Counted from the whole stretch's first letter, positions 23,332-32,116 are shown. The stretch is 63,974 bases of DNA, filler included, from Candidatus Babelota bacterium (GCA_017999075.1; 6 parts of 6 records of this genome joined end to end with filler, not necessarily neighbours in it); one strand, 5' to 3'. Numbers and translations are program-made. The notes: a model not told the origin generated them from the sequence alone.

Positions 23332-24316
23332 ATTATTATTGATTTGTAGTGTTATTTTTTTTTCCTATTGTACTGAAAATGCCAGTCAGTCTTCAAATGA
23401 TTTTAAAAATTCCGATAAAAATTACGATACTAATTATGAAAAAAAAATTCCCGATAACCCTCAACAAATATATGATATAACCCAAAATATAATCCGTAAA
23501 ATAAAAACAAATCCAGACTATATAAATGTAGAAGATAATTTTAATTTTTTAATATATCTATATACTCATAATAAAAAATACATCAATGCACATGAGTATT
23601 ATTCAAAAGGCATAAGAAGCGATATTATAGGTTCATTTAAAAAAAGTAAATCTGTTTTAAGTGATACTCAGATTGCTATTATTGAAAATCTTCCTGATAC
23701 ACGACTTCAATTTATTAATTTTCTCTTTGAAATGGGTTCAAAAAAATATTCTGATGATTATCTAATCAATATATTAAATAAAAAATTCGATAATTTGGTT
23801 AATAAAAATGATTCTTTGGAATATGATGATGTTTTTATATGTGTTGAAATATTAAATAAAATGCAATCAAAAAAAGCCATACCTTTAATAAAAAAAATTA
23901 TTTATAAAACTGACGATCATGCTTTGATATCAGCTTCTTTTCGCCTATTGAGTAAAGCAAATGAAAAGGATGTTATACCATATATTTATAATTTTTTAAC
24001 TTCCGCAAGGAGTCAATATGAATCAAGCATTTTGGGTAATTTTAAATATATCCAAGATGAAAAAACTATTGATTTTTTAATTGATTATGCTAACAATAAA
24101 ATAATTAAGCAGATAAACAAACATGATGATTTTTATAATTATACTGACTTAAGTAATATAATTGATGTATTTCAAATTGTAAAAGATAAAAAAGCAATAC
24201 CTTTTTTATATAAATTAAAAAACAAAGAAATTATTATAAATTTCAATAGATCGACTACATCAAAAGCTTTAATGGATGATGTTGAAAAAGCTATTCAAGA
24301 AATTGAAGGGAAATAA
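23294..24316 (+). CDS. Putative immunity protein, exported/lipoprotein-like with HEAT-like repeats
   Basis: Overlaps the toxin stop; hydrophobic N-terminus ending FFSYC; repeated KKAIPLI / KDVIPYI / EKTIDFL / KKAIPFL HEAT-like motifs. Confidence 0.65.
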   Translation: MDGMNTKLFRITKLLLICSVIFFSYCTENASQSSNDFKNSDKNYDTNYEKKIPDNPQQIYDITQNIIRKIKTNPDYINVEDNFNFLIYLYTHNKKYINAHEYYSKGIRSDIIGSFKKSKSVLSDTQIAIIENLPDTRLQFINFLFEMGSKKYSDDYLINILNKKFDNLVNKNDSLEYDDVFICVEILNKMQSKKAIPLIKKIIYKTDDHALISASFRLLSKANEKDVIPYIYNFLTSARSQYESSILGNFKYIQDEKTIDFLIDYANNKIIKQINKHDDFYNYTDLSNIIDVFQIVKDKKAIPFLYKLKNKEIIINFNRSTTSKALMDDVEKAIQEIEGK

Positions 24317-24489
24317 TCCTCTTACTGGCTACAAAATCAATCCGCGTGCATTGTAAATTTACAAATTGGTACCAGGTTTCTTCTTTCGCCTTTTTCATTT
24401 TTTGATGATAAAAATAGTGTCATTCTTCTACATTTCTACATTTACAATTTTCAACTTTGATTTTTCCTTGCTTTCAATTTTTTTCCAAT

Positions 24490-24960
24490 TCCTCCCCTCG
24501 TTCGTTCCGGCTTCGGTCGGCTGCGTATGTTTGCGGATGTTCGCCCAGTGTCGCATATCAGCGCCGATATACGACACAGGGCTGCCGCAAACCGCAGCCT
24601 TAGTCGGCAGTGCTTACACTGCCGCTCGCAGTCGCTCAAAAAATAAATAAAACGTTTTACCTTCAATTCATCGCATAGCCTTTCGGCTATTATTTTTTTT
24701 CGCTCCTGCGGCCGCTTGCGCGGACACCGTGCGCCGTTCTCTCTCTCGGGGAGGAATATTCCGAACACTCGCAACGATAGCCAAACGCTCGCGCTGATGG
24801 ACGCACGAAGCAACGCTGGCGTAAGTTCTCAAATTCCGGCGATTGAATCATTGCTGTCTGCTTCGTCATCACCAATCACATCACACACCGCAGACTTTGA
24901 CAAATACCAAGCCCACCCGCCGAAGCATAGCAAGTTTGCCGTGCACCCTTCAGAAATAAT
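24490..24960. other. GC-rich, hairpin-dense non-coding tract (structured RNA or ssDNA signal)
   Basis: Consecutive stems at 24507-24520, 24548-24577, 24580-24599, 24605-24624 and 24675-24690. Confidence 0.6.
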
Positions 24961-25312
24961 TTTGCATATTTTTTTTCAGCCAACAAATTTATATTTTAAC
25001 CAGCAAAAACAAATCACTGAAACCCCGAAAAATAAAGCATTTCAATAATACACAAATCTAAAACCGCATAAAACACTTACTTTCAACGCTTCAATATTCC
25101 AATCGCTGAAACCTATATAAAAATCTATATTTAAAATCAATACTAATTACGAACCCTTTAAAATCCGGCATTTCAATGTCTTTTAATTCAGGGTGCTTCG
25201 CCCACAAAGGAAAACTGCGGGTGCTTTGCAAACTTGCTAATCTCCGGCGGGTCAAGACTTGCGCGAGTAATCGCCCGCCGTCCTGCCCGAATCCCGCTTG
25301 CGCCGCCCGCGC

Positions 25313-25725
25313 AAACCTCCCCGTCCCGCCAAATTTTTTTGCGCCGTCATTCAGGACAAAAAATGATGATGGAGTATACATAATATCAATATTATGTAGA
25401 CCCGAAGGGCGAAGCGGCGCGGGAGTATCAAGCCAACTTACGATAAGATAATCTTATCGGAAGTAAGCCCGACCAGTCGAAGCCGCGCCTGCAATCTGAC
25501 ACGATGTCAGATAGGCAAGGATTGCCGGTGCAGAGTGCGGCGGAGGCGGGCGGGCTGGTGGCTGGTGGCAGGCGAGCCGCCGACATTGAAAAAAAATAAT
25601 TTTAAACAAAGGCGGCTCAGTCTGACAGATACTCCAAGCCGCCGCTCCAATCATCATTTAGCAATTCGTTTCAATTCATTTCTCAAAAGGCGGCAATCCT
25701 TTTATTTGGCGGGACGGGGAGGTTT
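25313..25725. repeat. Perfect 22-bp inverted repeat pair (25313-25334 and 25704-25725)
   Basis: AAACCTCCCCGTCCCGCCAAAT and ATTTGGCGGGACGGGGAGGTTT. Confidence 0.95.
25373..25464. other. Two Xer/dif-like tyrosine recombinase core sites
   Basis: AGTATACATAA-tatcaata-TTATGTAGACC (25373-25402) and ACTTACGATAA-gataatc-TTATCGGAAGT (25436-25464): 11-bp arms with inner ATAA/TTAT, as in dif. Confidence 0.7.
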
Positions 25726-25881
25726 TGCATTGCAATAAATCATTGCCGCAAATCACAATTGTAATTCATTGCAGTAAATCAATTGTAATTCGCGCCGCAT
25801 TAGGCAAATCGAAAAATGGCGGAGGGTGTTCAGCAAAAACAAATTTGCTACGGGGATTAGATATTTTAATAAAAAAATAAT

Positions 25882-25940
25882 TTGACATTACACTACAGTT
25901 ATTATAATATTGGCTTAAATGTAGTTTAATTGTAGTTTAT
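25882..25940 (+). promoter_or_regulatory. Sigma70-type promoter with ACTACA/TGTAGT operator-like repeats
   Basis: TTGACA (25882), 17 bp, TAATAT (25905); ACTACA in the spacer and TGTAGTTTA twice downstream. Confidence 0.6.
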
Positions 25941-25956
25941 TTTTCAAGAAAATATT

Positions 25957-26277
25957 ATGGAACTTTTAATTTCTATTTTGCAGGAAGAATTAGAAAACTC
26001 TAAAAATAAATTAAAACATTATGCGGAAAAATCTCCGATTCTTGCAAAAGCGCATTTACAACCAATTATAAAGGGCAAACAAAAATATTATTATTTAAAA
26101 TATCGTTCCGGCATTAAAATCAAATCTGAATATATAGGAAAACTATCAAAAGAAGAATTACAAAAATACAATCTTGAAATAGCCGAAGCCAAAAAAGAAA
26201 AGGAAATAATTCGTAAACTCAAAAATAGAATAAGATTTATTGAAAAAAGCTTGAAATACAAATCATTGACGGAATAA
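25957..26277 (+). CDS. Small basic protein, putative antitoxin/regulator partner of the nucleotidyltransferase
   Basis: IKGKQKYYYLKYRSGIKIKSEYIGK beta motif flanked by coiled coils; 5 bp upstream of the next gene. Confidence 0.6.
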   Translation: MELLISILQEELENSKNKLKHYAEKSPILAKAHLQPIIKGKQKYYYLKYRSGIKIKSEYIGKLSKEELQKYNLEIAEAKKEKEIIRKLKNRIRFIEKSLKYKSLTE

Positions 26278-26282
26278 ATAAA

Positions 26283-26963
26283 ATGAACCAAAAAAACGAA
26301 TTTAATAAAATCATACAAATAATTTTAGATAATGATTTATCAGAAAAAATAATTCTTATTGGCAGTTGGGCGTATTATTTATATTGCACAAAATTATTTT
26401 CAAAACCAAAAGAATTATCTACATTACGTACAACCGATATTGATTTTTATATTCCGAGACATTTACGAATGGATAAAAATATTAATGTTTGTAAAATTTT
26501 AAAAGAAAACGGTTATGAACACACAAAAGACATTGACGGATACGATAGATTTTTTTCACAGGATTTTAATATTGAATTTATTACAGATGAAATCGGCGCA
26601 GGTTCAAACAAACCATATCATTTAAAAAAATTGAATCTTGAAATCGTTCAACTTCGTTATACAAATTTATTAAGTCAAAATATAATAGAAATACCTTTTG
26701 CAAAAAATCAAATAATAAAAGTTCCGCAGCCAGAAAATTTCGCGCTTCATAAATTAATCATTGCAAATTTAAGGAAAAACAAAGGGAAAACAGATAAAGA
26801 CATACAGCAAGCAGTTGACATAATTAAAATTCTTATTCAAACAAAACAATTTTGCAAAATTAAAGAATTATATAATCAATTGCCTAAGAAATGGCGTAAA
26901 CGGATAGACAAAACTTTAGAAACTGCTAACGAATTTTATTTAAAAAATTTAATCAAAACATAA
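26283..26963 (+). CDS. Nucleotidyltransferase-fold protein (GSU2403/AbiEii-like)
   Basis: ILIGSWA, RTTDIDF, PENFALHKLI and KTDKDIQQA motifs. Confidence 0.75.
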   Translation: MNQKNEFNKIIQIILDNDLSEKIILIGSWAYYLYCTKLFSKPKELSTLRTTDIDFYIPRHLRMDKNINVCKILKENGYEHTKDIDGYDRFFSQDFNIEFITDEIGAGSNKPYHLKKLNLEIVQLRYTNLLSQNIIEIPFAKNQIIKVPQPENFALHKLIIANLRKNKGKTDKDIQQAVDIIKILIQTKQFCKIKELYNQLPKKWRKRIDKTLETANEFYLKNLIKT

Positions 26964-26971
26964 ATAATAAG

Positions 26972-27337
26972 TTATTTCATTAAATCAATTTTAGCTTTAA
27001 AAACTATAGATTTGATAACTTCTTTTATTATTTTTTTTCTTTCATCATCAATTTTTTCTACACCTTCAAAAAGTTCAATCAATTCTTTATCTTTCAATCT
27101 GTCTTTTGCCTCACTGTTTATTTCACCGGTAAGAATATAATCTATTGATGTTCCTAATGCTCGTGATAAGTATATTAATGTTTCAGCTGCCGGAATTATC
27201 TTATCATGTTCATATTTAGAAATCTGATTGTTGTCTACATTAATTTTAGTTGCCAATTCCAACTGTGATAATTTTTTATGCTGTCGCAATTCTTTAATTC
27301 GGTTGCCTAAAGTTTGTTTTATTTGTTTTTCTTTCAT
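26972..27337 (-). CDS. XRE-family HTH repressor
   Basis: LGNRIKELRQHKKLSQLELA...ISKYE...P...LSRALGTSIDYIL; divergent from the replication operon. Confidence 0.92.
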   Translation of the reverse strand: MKEKQIKQTLGNRIKELRQHKKLSQLELATKINVDNNQISKYEHDKIIPAAETLIYLSRALGTSIDYILTGEINSEAKDRLKDKELIELFEGVEKIDDERKKIIKEVIKSIVFKAKIDLMK

Positions 27338-27435
27338 CTCAAATTTGCCTCAATATTATTATTAAATTTCTATAAACATAATATTCTTTTAAAATTTTTA
27401 CAAGAAATAATTTTGAGCTGAAATAAAAAAACTGC

Positions 27436-27464
27436 TTGACAATTTAGTATCTACATACTAATAT
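27436..27464 (+). promoter_or_regulatory. Replication-operon promoter with a palindromic operator in the spacer
   Basis: TTGACA (27436), 17 bp, TAATAT (27459); TTAGTAT-ctac-ATACTAA palindrome at 27444-27461. Confidence 0.7.
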
Positions 27465-27554
27465 TTTAATTATAATACTAAAATGAATTTTTGGATTTTT
27501 TTTTAATTTTTCCGCTTTTAGCGGTCAGAAAAGTAAAAAAAGGGAATAGAAAAG

Positions 27555-27603
27555 AAAAAAGGACGTTCAGTTAATCAGTTTGGTCGCCGATAACCGAACG
27601 CCC
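27555..27603 (-). terminator. Intrinsic terminator of the antisense RNA
   Basis: Minus strand GGGCGUUCGGUUA...UAACUGAACGUCC (13 bp, two G-U pairs that pair only on this strand) followed by UUUUUU. Confidence 0.7.
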
Positions 27604-27642
27604 CGGCAAATTAAAAACGACTTAGTAAGCCGTTAATAATTA
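27555..27642 (-). ncRNA. Putative counter-transcribed antisense sRNA (~90 nt)
   Basis: Bounded by a consensus minus-strand promoter and a minus-strand intrinsic terminator, within the leader of the primase operon. Confidence 0.65.
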
Positions 27643-27648
27643 AACAGA

Positions 27649-27677
27649 ATTATACCACAGAAACGGCTCACAGTCAA
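27649..27677 (-). promoter_or_regulatory. Antisense promoter
   Basis: Minus strand TTGACT (27677-27672), 17 bp, TATAAT (27654-27649), with extended TG motif (TGgTATAAT). Confidence 0.72.
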
Positions 27678-27808
27678 TTTAATTCCTCAATTTTTAATTC
27701 CCTGTTTTTCGCGGTTTCTAAATATAACCGCGAAAATTTAGCAGTTTTCTAAATTCATAACGAAAACTGCAATTCTAAATAAATTATAGACGGCGGGAGG
27801 TGAAAACA

Positions 27809-28150
27809 ATGTCAGTAAAACTTAGCGATGTTTGGAATTGCGCGTATTTGTTAATCAACGGCGTTCAGATTGATAATGTTGAAGTAATAAACAATAACGA
27901 AAAATTATCAGTTTATTTTGTATTATCAGGAAAGGACGCGGAAAAACTCGATATGGAATTTAAGACCGGAAAAGCAAGCGCGAACATTACGCAGTTAAAA
28001 TTAACTGTTACGCATTTAAAAGATTTGATGTTCGACAAGCTGCGCGAAACGCGCGACCAGCAAAATTTTTCAAAACAAAATCTTATAAGGAAGGGAATTA
28101 AAAATGATAACCGTTTCAAAAGAAACTATCAGCAAAGCCAAAACTTCTAA
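27809..28150 (+). CDS. Small hypothetical protein leading the replication operon
   Basis: GGAGG RBS 8 nt before ATG 27809 (preferred over GTG 27800); overlaps the primase start. Confidence 0.7.
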   Translation: MSVKLSDVWNCAYLLINGVQIDNVEVINNNEKLSVYFVLSGKDAEKLDMEFKTGKASANITQLKLTVTHLKDLMFDKLRETRDQQNFSKQNLIRKGIKNDNRFKRNYQQSQNF

Positions 28151-30908
28151 CAATATTATAGAAGTCCTGCAGGAATGCGGAATTAAACTAATCAAAGAAA
28201 ATAATCACTTCAAAGCAATCTGCCCGTTTCACGAGGACAAAGAACCGTCATTAAAAGTTGATCCGCAAAAACAAGTTTATAATTGTTTCGGCTGCGGAAA
28301 CGGCGGAGACATAATCAAGTTTTTAATTGATTACAAAAAAATCGAATTTAAAGACGCTGTAAATTTTTTGTTGAGACGCGCTGGACTTCCTGAATTGATA
28401 ATTGACAATGAACAATTGACAATTACAAAAAAAAATTTAAATCACAAACCTATAATTGAAACACATCAAACAACCGAAAATGGAAAGCTGCAAAACACAG
28501 AAACACAATCCCCCCCCACCACCGCAAACGAAAAAAAAGAAATGACCGAAGCTGAGCGCGTTTCATTATTGAATCGTGTTGTTGAGTTTTATCATCAGAA
28601 ATTTTTAGAAAGCGAAAAGGCGCAAAATTATTTATTTCTAACACGCAAAATAAAAAATAAAAATCTCGCAAACCTATATAAAATCGGCTTTTGCGACGGT
28701 TCTTTAATGAAAACAATCGAGACACAACCCGAATACAAAACGCAATTAGTAACGCTCGGCGTTATCAAACAAAATGAAAAAACAAAACAATATTTTGAAG
28801 CGTTTAAAAACTGCATTGTGTTTCCAATATTCGACGAAGAAAATAATTGTGTGAATATTTACGGCAGAAAAATTATTGACGGCGAAATCAAACACTTGTA
28901 TTTATCCGGTTCAAATAAAGGCGTTTTTAATTGGCAGGCGGTAAAACAAAACGACGCGATAATAATTACCGAATGTATAATTGACGCATTTTCATTTATT
29001 GATTCAGGCGTTGAAAATGTTGTTTCGCTGTATGGAAAAAACAGCAGTCCAAAAGAAATGCTGCAATTATTCAAACAATACAAAACCAAAAAAATTTATT
29101 TTGCTTTAGATAATGACAATGACGGAAACAATACGCAGATAAAATTAACCGAATTATTTTCAAATGAGCTGCCGAACGCAAACCTTTACAAAATCAATAT
29201 TCCAAACGCTAAAGACATAAACGATTATTATTGTTTAAACATAGATAAAACACAGTGTTTGAGCGATTTAATCAAAAACAATTGCGAAGCGTTAAGAATA
29301 ATAAAACCGCTGAAAGAAAAAGTTGAAATCACATACGCGGATAAATATATTGTAATAAAAATCAAAGACATTATTTATAAAATCAAAGGGTTCAGCATAG
29401 CTGATCAACAGCGTTATCAAACGCAATTAAAGATCAATCTGCGGACAATTTATGATAATAATAATTACATTGACACGATTGATTTATATTCCGCTAAATC
29501 CCGCGAGACTTATAAAAAAGACTGCGCTGAAGAACTCGGAATTTTAGAAGAAACAATCAAAGACGATCTGAAAATAATAATTCAAAATCTTGAAGAAATG
29601 CTTGAAAGCAAGCAATTTTCGGCTTCCGCTAAAGAATATGAAATGACGGAATCTGAAAAGAACGAAGCATTGGAATTTTTGAAATCAAGAAATTTGTTTA
29701 AAATTATTCTTGATGATTTTGAAACCGGCGGATACATCGGCGAAGAAACTAACAAGCTGGCGGGATACCTCGCCGCTGTATCGCGCAAACTGCTTGAGCC
29801 GCTTTCCATTATGATTATGTCAAGGTCGGCGGGCGGAAAATCGACGCTGTTAGATCATGTTTTAAGTTTTATGCCGCCGGAAGAATATATAAAATACACA
29901 TCAGTAACAGGTCAGGCATTATATTATAAAGACGAAAATTCAATGGTCAATAAACTGCTTGCGATTGCAGAGGAAGAAGGAGCGGAAAAGGCGACATATT
30001 CGTTGAAAACATTTCAATCGGACAAGGAACTTAATATTGCTTCAACCGGAAAAGATCCGGTTTCCGGCAAATTAAAAACATTCGATTATAAAGTAAAAGG
30101 ACCGGTTTCATTATTTCTGACAACAACCGCCGCTGAAATAAATTACGAATTATTAAACAGGTTTATCGTTCTGACCGTTGACGAGGGTAAAATCCAAACA
30201 AACAATATTCAGGACCAGCAGCGTAATTCATTCACGCTCGAAGGGATTATCAAACAAAAGAAAAATGACACTGTTATCAGGAAACACCAAAACGCGCAGC
30301 GCCTTTTAAAACCGCTTGCCGTAGCGATTCCATACGCAAAATATTTATCTTACGGCGACGAGCAACTACGCGCAAGACGCGACAATAAAAAATATTTAAA
30401 TATAATTTGTTCAATTGCATTTTTACATCAGTATCAGCGCGAAATAAAAAAATATCAAAGCGGAAATATTATGTTTGATTATATCAACGCAGACCTTGAC
30501 GACCTCGAAGAAGCAAACAAATTAGCTGAAAAAATATTGATTCATACGCTCGACGAACTCGCTCCGCCTTCCCGCGATTTATTAAAAATAATAAATGAAA
30601 TGACTGAAAAACAGCGAAAAAACAAGGAAAAAGAAAAGAATAAAAACGATGACCCGATATCATTCACGCGCCGCGAAATTCGGGAAAATTCCAGATGGAG
30701 CGATTTTCAGATCAGGACGCATATCAAACAATTGGAAGATTTTGAATATATCCAAATTTTATCAGGGAATCAAGGCAAAAAATATTCGTATCAATTAATT
30801 TATGAAGGGAGTTACGGCAATAAACCGACAATAAAACTGACTTCAAAAGCGGAAGTTTTAGAAAAAATGCGGTTGGAAAAAGAACTTGAAAAAGCTTCTA
30901 AAAACTGA
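28104..30908 (+). CDS. DnaG-like primase (CHC2 zinc finger and TOPRIM) fused to a P-loop NTPase/helicase
   Basis: CPFHEDKEPS...NCFGCG zinc finger; IITECIIDA...ALDNDNDG TOPRIM; SRSAGGKST Walker A; LLAIAEEE Walker B-like. Confidence 0.9.
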   Translation: MITVSKETISKAKTSNNIIEVLQECGIKLIKENNHFKAICPFHEDKEPSLKVDPQKQVYNCFGCGNGGDIIKFLIDYKKIEFKDAVNFLLRRAGLPELIIDNEQLTITKKNLNHKPIIETHQTTENGKLQNTETQSPPTTANEKKEMTEAERVSLLNRVVEFYHQKFLESEKAQNYLFLTRKIKNKNLANLYKIGFCDGSLMKTIETQPEYKTQLVTLGVIKQNEKTKQYFEAFKNCIVFPIFDEENNCVNIYGRKIIDGEIKHLYLSGSNKGVFNWQAVKQNDAIIITECIIDAFSFIDSGVENVVSLYGKNSSPKEMLQLFKQYKTKKIYFALDNDNDGNNTQIKLTELFSNELPNANLYKINIPNAKDINDYYCLNIDKTQCLSDLIKNNCEALRIIKPLKEKVEITYADKYIVIKIKDIIYKIKGFSIADQQRYQTQLKINLRTIYDNNNYIDTIDLYSAKSRETYKKDCAEELGILEETIKDDLKIIIQNLEEMLESKQFSASAKEYEMTESEKNEALEFLKSRNLFKIILDDFETGGYIGEETNKLAGYLAAVSRKLLEPLSIMIMSRSAGGKSTLLDHVLSFMPPEEYIKYTSVTGQALYYKDENSMVNKLLAIAEEEGAEKATYSLKTFQSDKELNIASTGKDPVSGKLKTFDYKVKGPVSLFLTTTAAEINYELLNRFIVLTVDEGKIQTNNIQDQQRNSFTLEGIIKQKKNDTVIRKHQNAQRLLKPLAVAIPYAKYLSYGDEQLRARRDNKKYLNIICSIAFLHQYQREIKKYQSGNIMFDYINADLDDLEEANKLAEKILIHTLDELAPPSRDLLKIINEMTEKQRKNKEKEKNKNDDPISFTRREIRENSRWSDFQIRTHIKQLEDFEYIQILSGNQGKKYSYQLIYEGSYGNKPTIKLTSKAEVLEKMRLEKELEKASKN

Positions 30909-30927
30909 ATTTTGGAGTTATTTTTAT

Positions 30928-31055
30928 AACTTCGTGATTTTTTTAGCAACTTCGAGATAACTTCGAGATGACAAAATCACGAAGTTTGAGAACTCTGAAA
31001 CGCTGTATTTTATGTGGGTTTCAGCGTTTTTTTATGCAACTTCTATAACTTCTAA
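30928..31055. repeat. Iteron-like AACTTC(G/T) repeats and inverted repeats, putative origin
   Basis: AACTTCGTGA, AACTTCGAGA twice, 14-bp inverted copy (30928-30941 and 30973-30986), AACTTCTA twice. Confidence 0.6.
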
Positions 31056-31192
31056 ATTTCGCGTTGTGTGTTTTTTTAATTTTTTGTATTTAAAAAAAAT
31101 AAAACGCTTCATTATTTTTCAGAGCGGGTTAAATAAAAAATTGTTCCAATTTTTTGAGGCGGCAAAATAGAAATGGATTGGAGGATTAACAA

Positions 31193-32116
31193 ATGAATTA
31201 CTATGAAAAATTAAACGAATACATCGAGTATTTACAAAGTTTGAATTACGTTCAGGCTACAATAAAAGGCCGGAAATTACGGCTTTTGAAATTCATTGAC
31301 TGGCTTAATGAAAACAAATTTGCCGGTAAAAATTTAAATGTTGAAATCATCGAAAAATACAAAGACTATTTGATTCATAAACCAAACGAAAATTTTAAAA
31401 GCAAAAAAAATATAGCTGTCAGCACACAGATCAGGCGATTGATTTATATAAAACAATTTTGCTTATTTCTTGTAAAAACCGGTGTTTTACTGCATAACCC
31501 GGTAAGTTTAATCAAATATCCAAAAGTATATTATAAAATAAAATGGAAATTAATTACAGACGAACAACTTGCGGAAAAAATAAAAAACTATGAGTTGAAT
31601 TCGCCTGAAGATTACCGCAATCTCGCTATTGTAAAATTGCTGTATTCAAGCGGAATGCGAGCTGCCGAATTAGTATACGTAGAATTAGCCGACATAGATT
31701 ATGAAACTGAATTTGTCCGCATACGGCAGGCAAAAGGCGGAAAAGAACGGGTTGAGCCGATAAGCGCGGACACTGTAAAAACCTTGAAAAATTATGTTGA
31801 AAATCACAGGCCTGCACTTATAAATCACCTGTCGAAAAATTTTTTATTCGTATCCGGCGCAGGCGGAATACTGACAAATCCGGCATTATCTCGTTACATT
31901 CAAAAAGTAATCGGCAAAGAATATACGGCGCACTGTTTGCGCGTAGCGTGTTCTACGCATATGATGAAATACGGCGCTGATATACGTTTTGTTCAGCAGC
32001 AGCTCGGACATACTTCTTTAAATTCGATTGAACCCTATATACGGCTCGAAAAAAGCGAATTGAAAAAAATTCACACGCAGACACATCCGGCTGAAAAGAG
32101 GAAAAACAATGAATAA
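31193..32116 (+). CDS. XerC/XerD-like tyrosine recombinase 1
   Basis: SSGMRAAE, KGGKER, HCLR, LGH and Y catalytic motifs. Confidence 0.92.
   Translation: MNYYEKLNEYIEYLQSLNYVQATIKGRKLRLLKFIDWLNENKFAGKNLNVEIIEKYKDYLIHKPNENFKSKKNIAVSTQIRRLIYIKQFCLFLVKTGVLLHNPVSLIKYPKVYYKIKWKLITDEQLAEKIKNYELNSPEDYRNLAIVKLLYSSGMRAAELVYVELADIDYETEFVRIRQAKGGKERVEPISADTVKTLKNYVENHRPALINHLSKNFLFVSGAGGILTNPALSRYIQKVIGKEYTAHCLRVACSTHMMKYGADIRFVQQQLGHTSLNSIEPYIRLEKSELKKIHTQTHPAEKRKNNE

Noticed and set aside
24366-25738. Eight overlapping short ORFs on both strands
   Set aside because: Atypical Arg/Ala/Pro-rich composition, mutual overlap and coincidence with hairpins and att-like sites point to non-coding DNA.
28104-30908. 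Chromosomal dnaG
   Set aside because: It is fused to a P-loop domain, lies in a mobile context and has no rpoD or rpsU neighbours.
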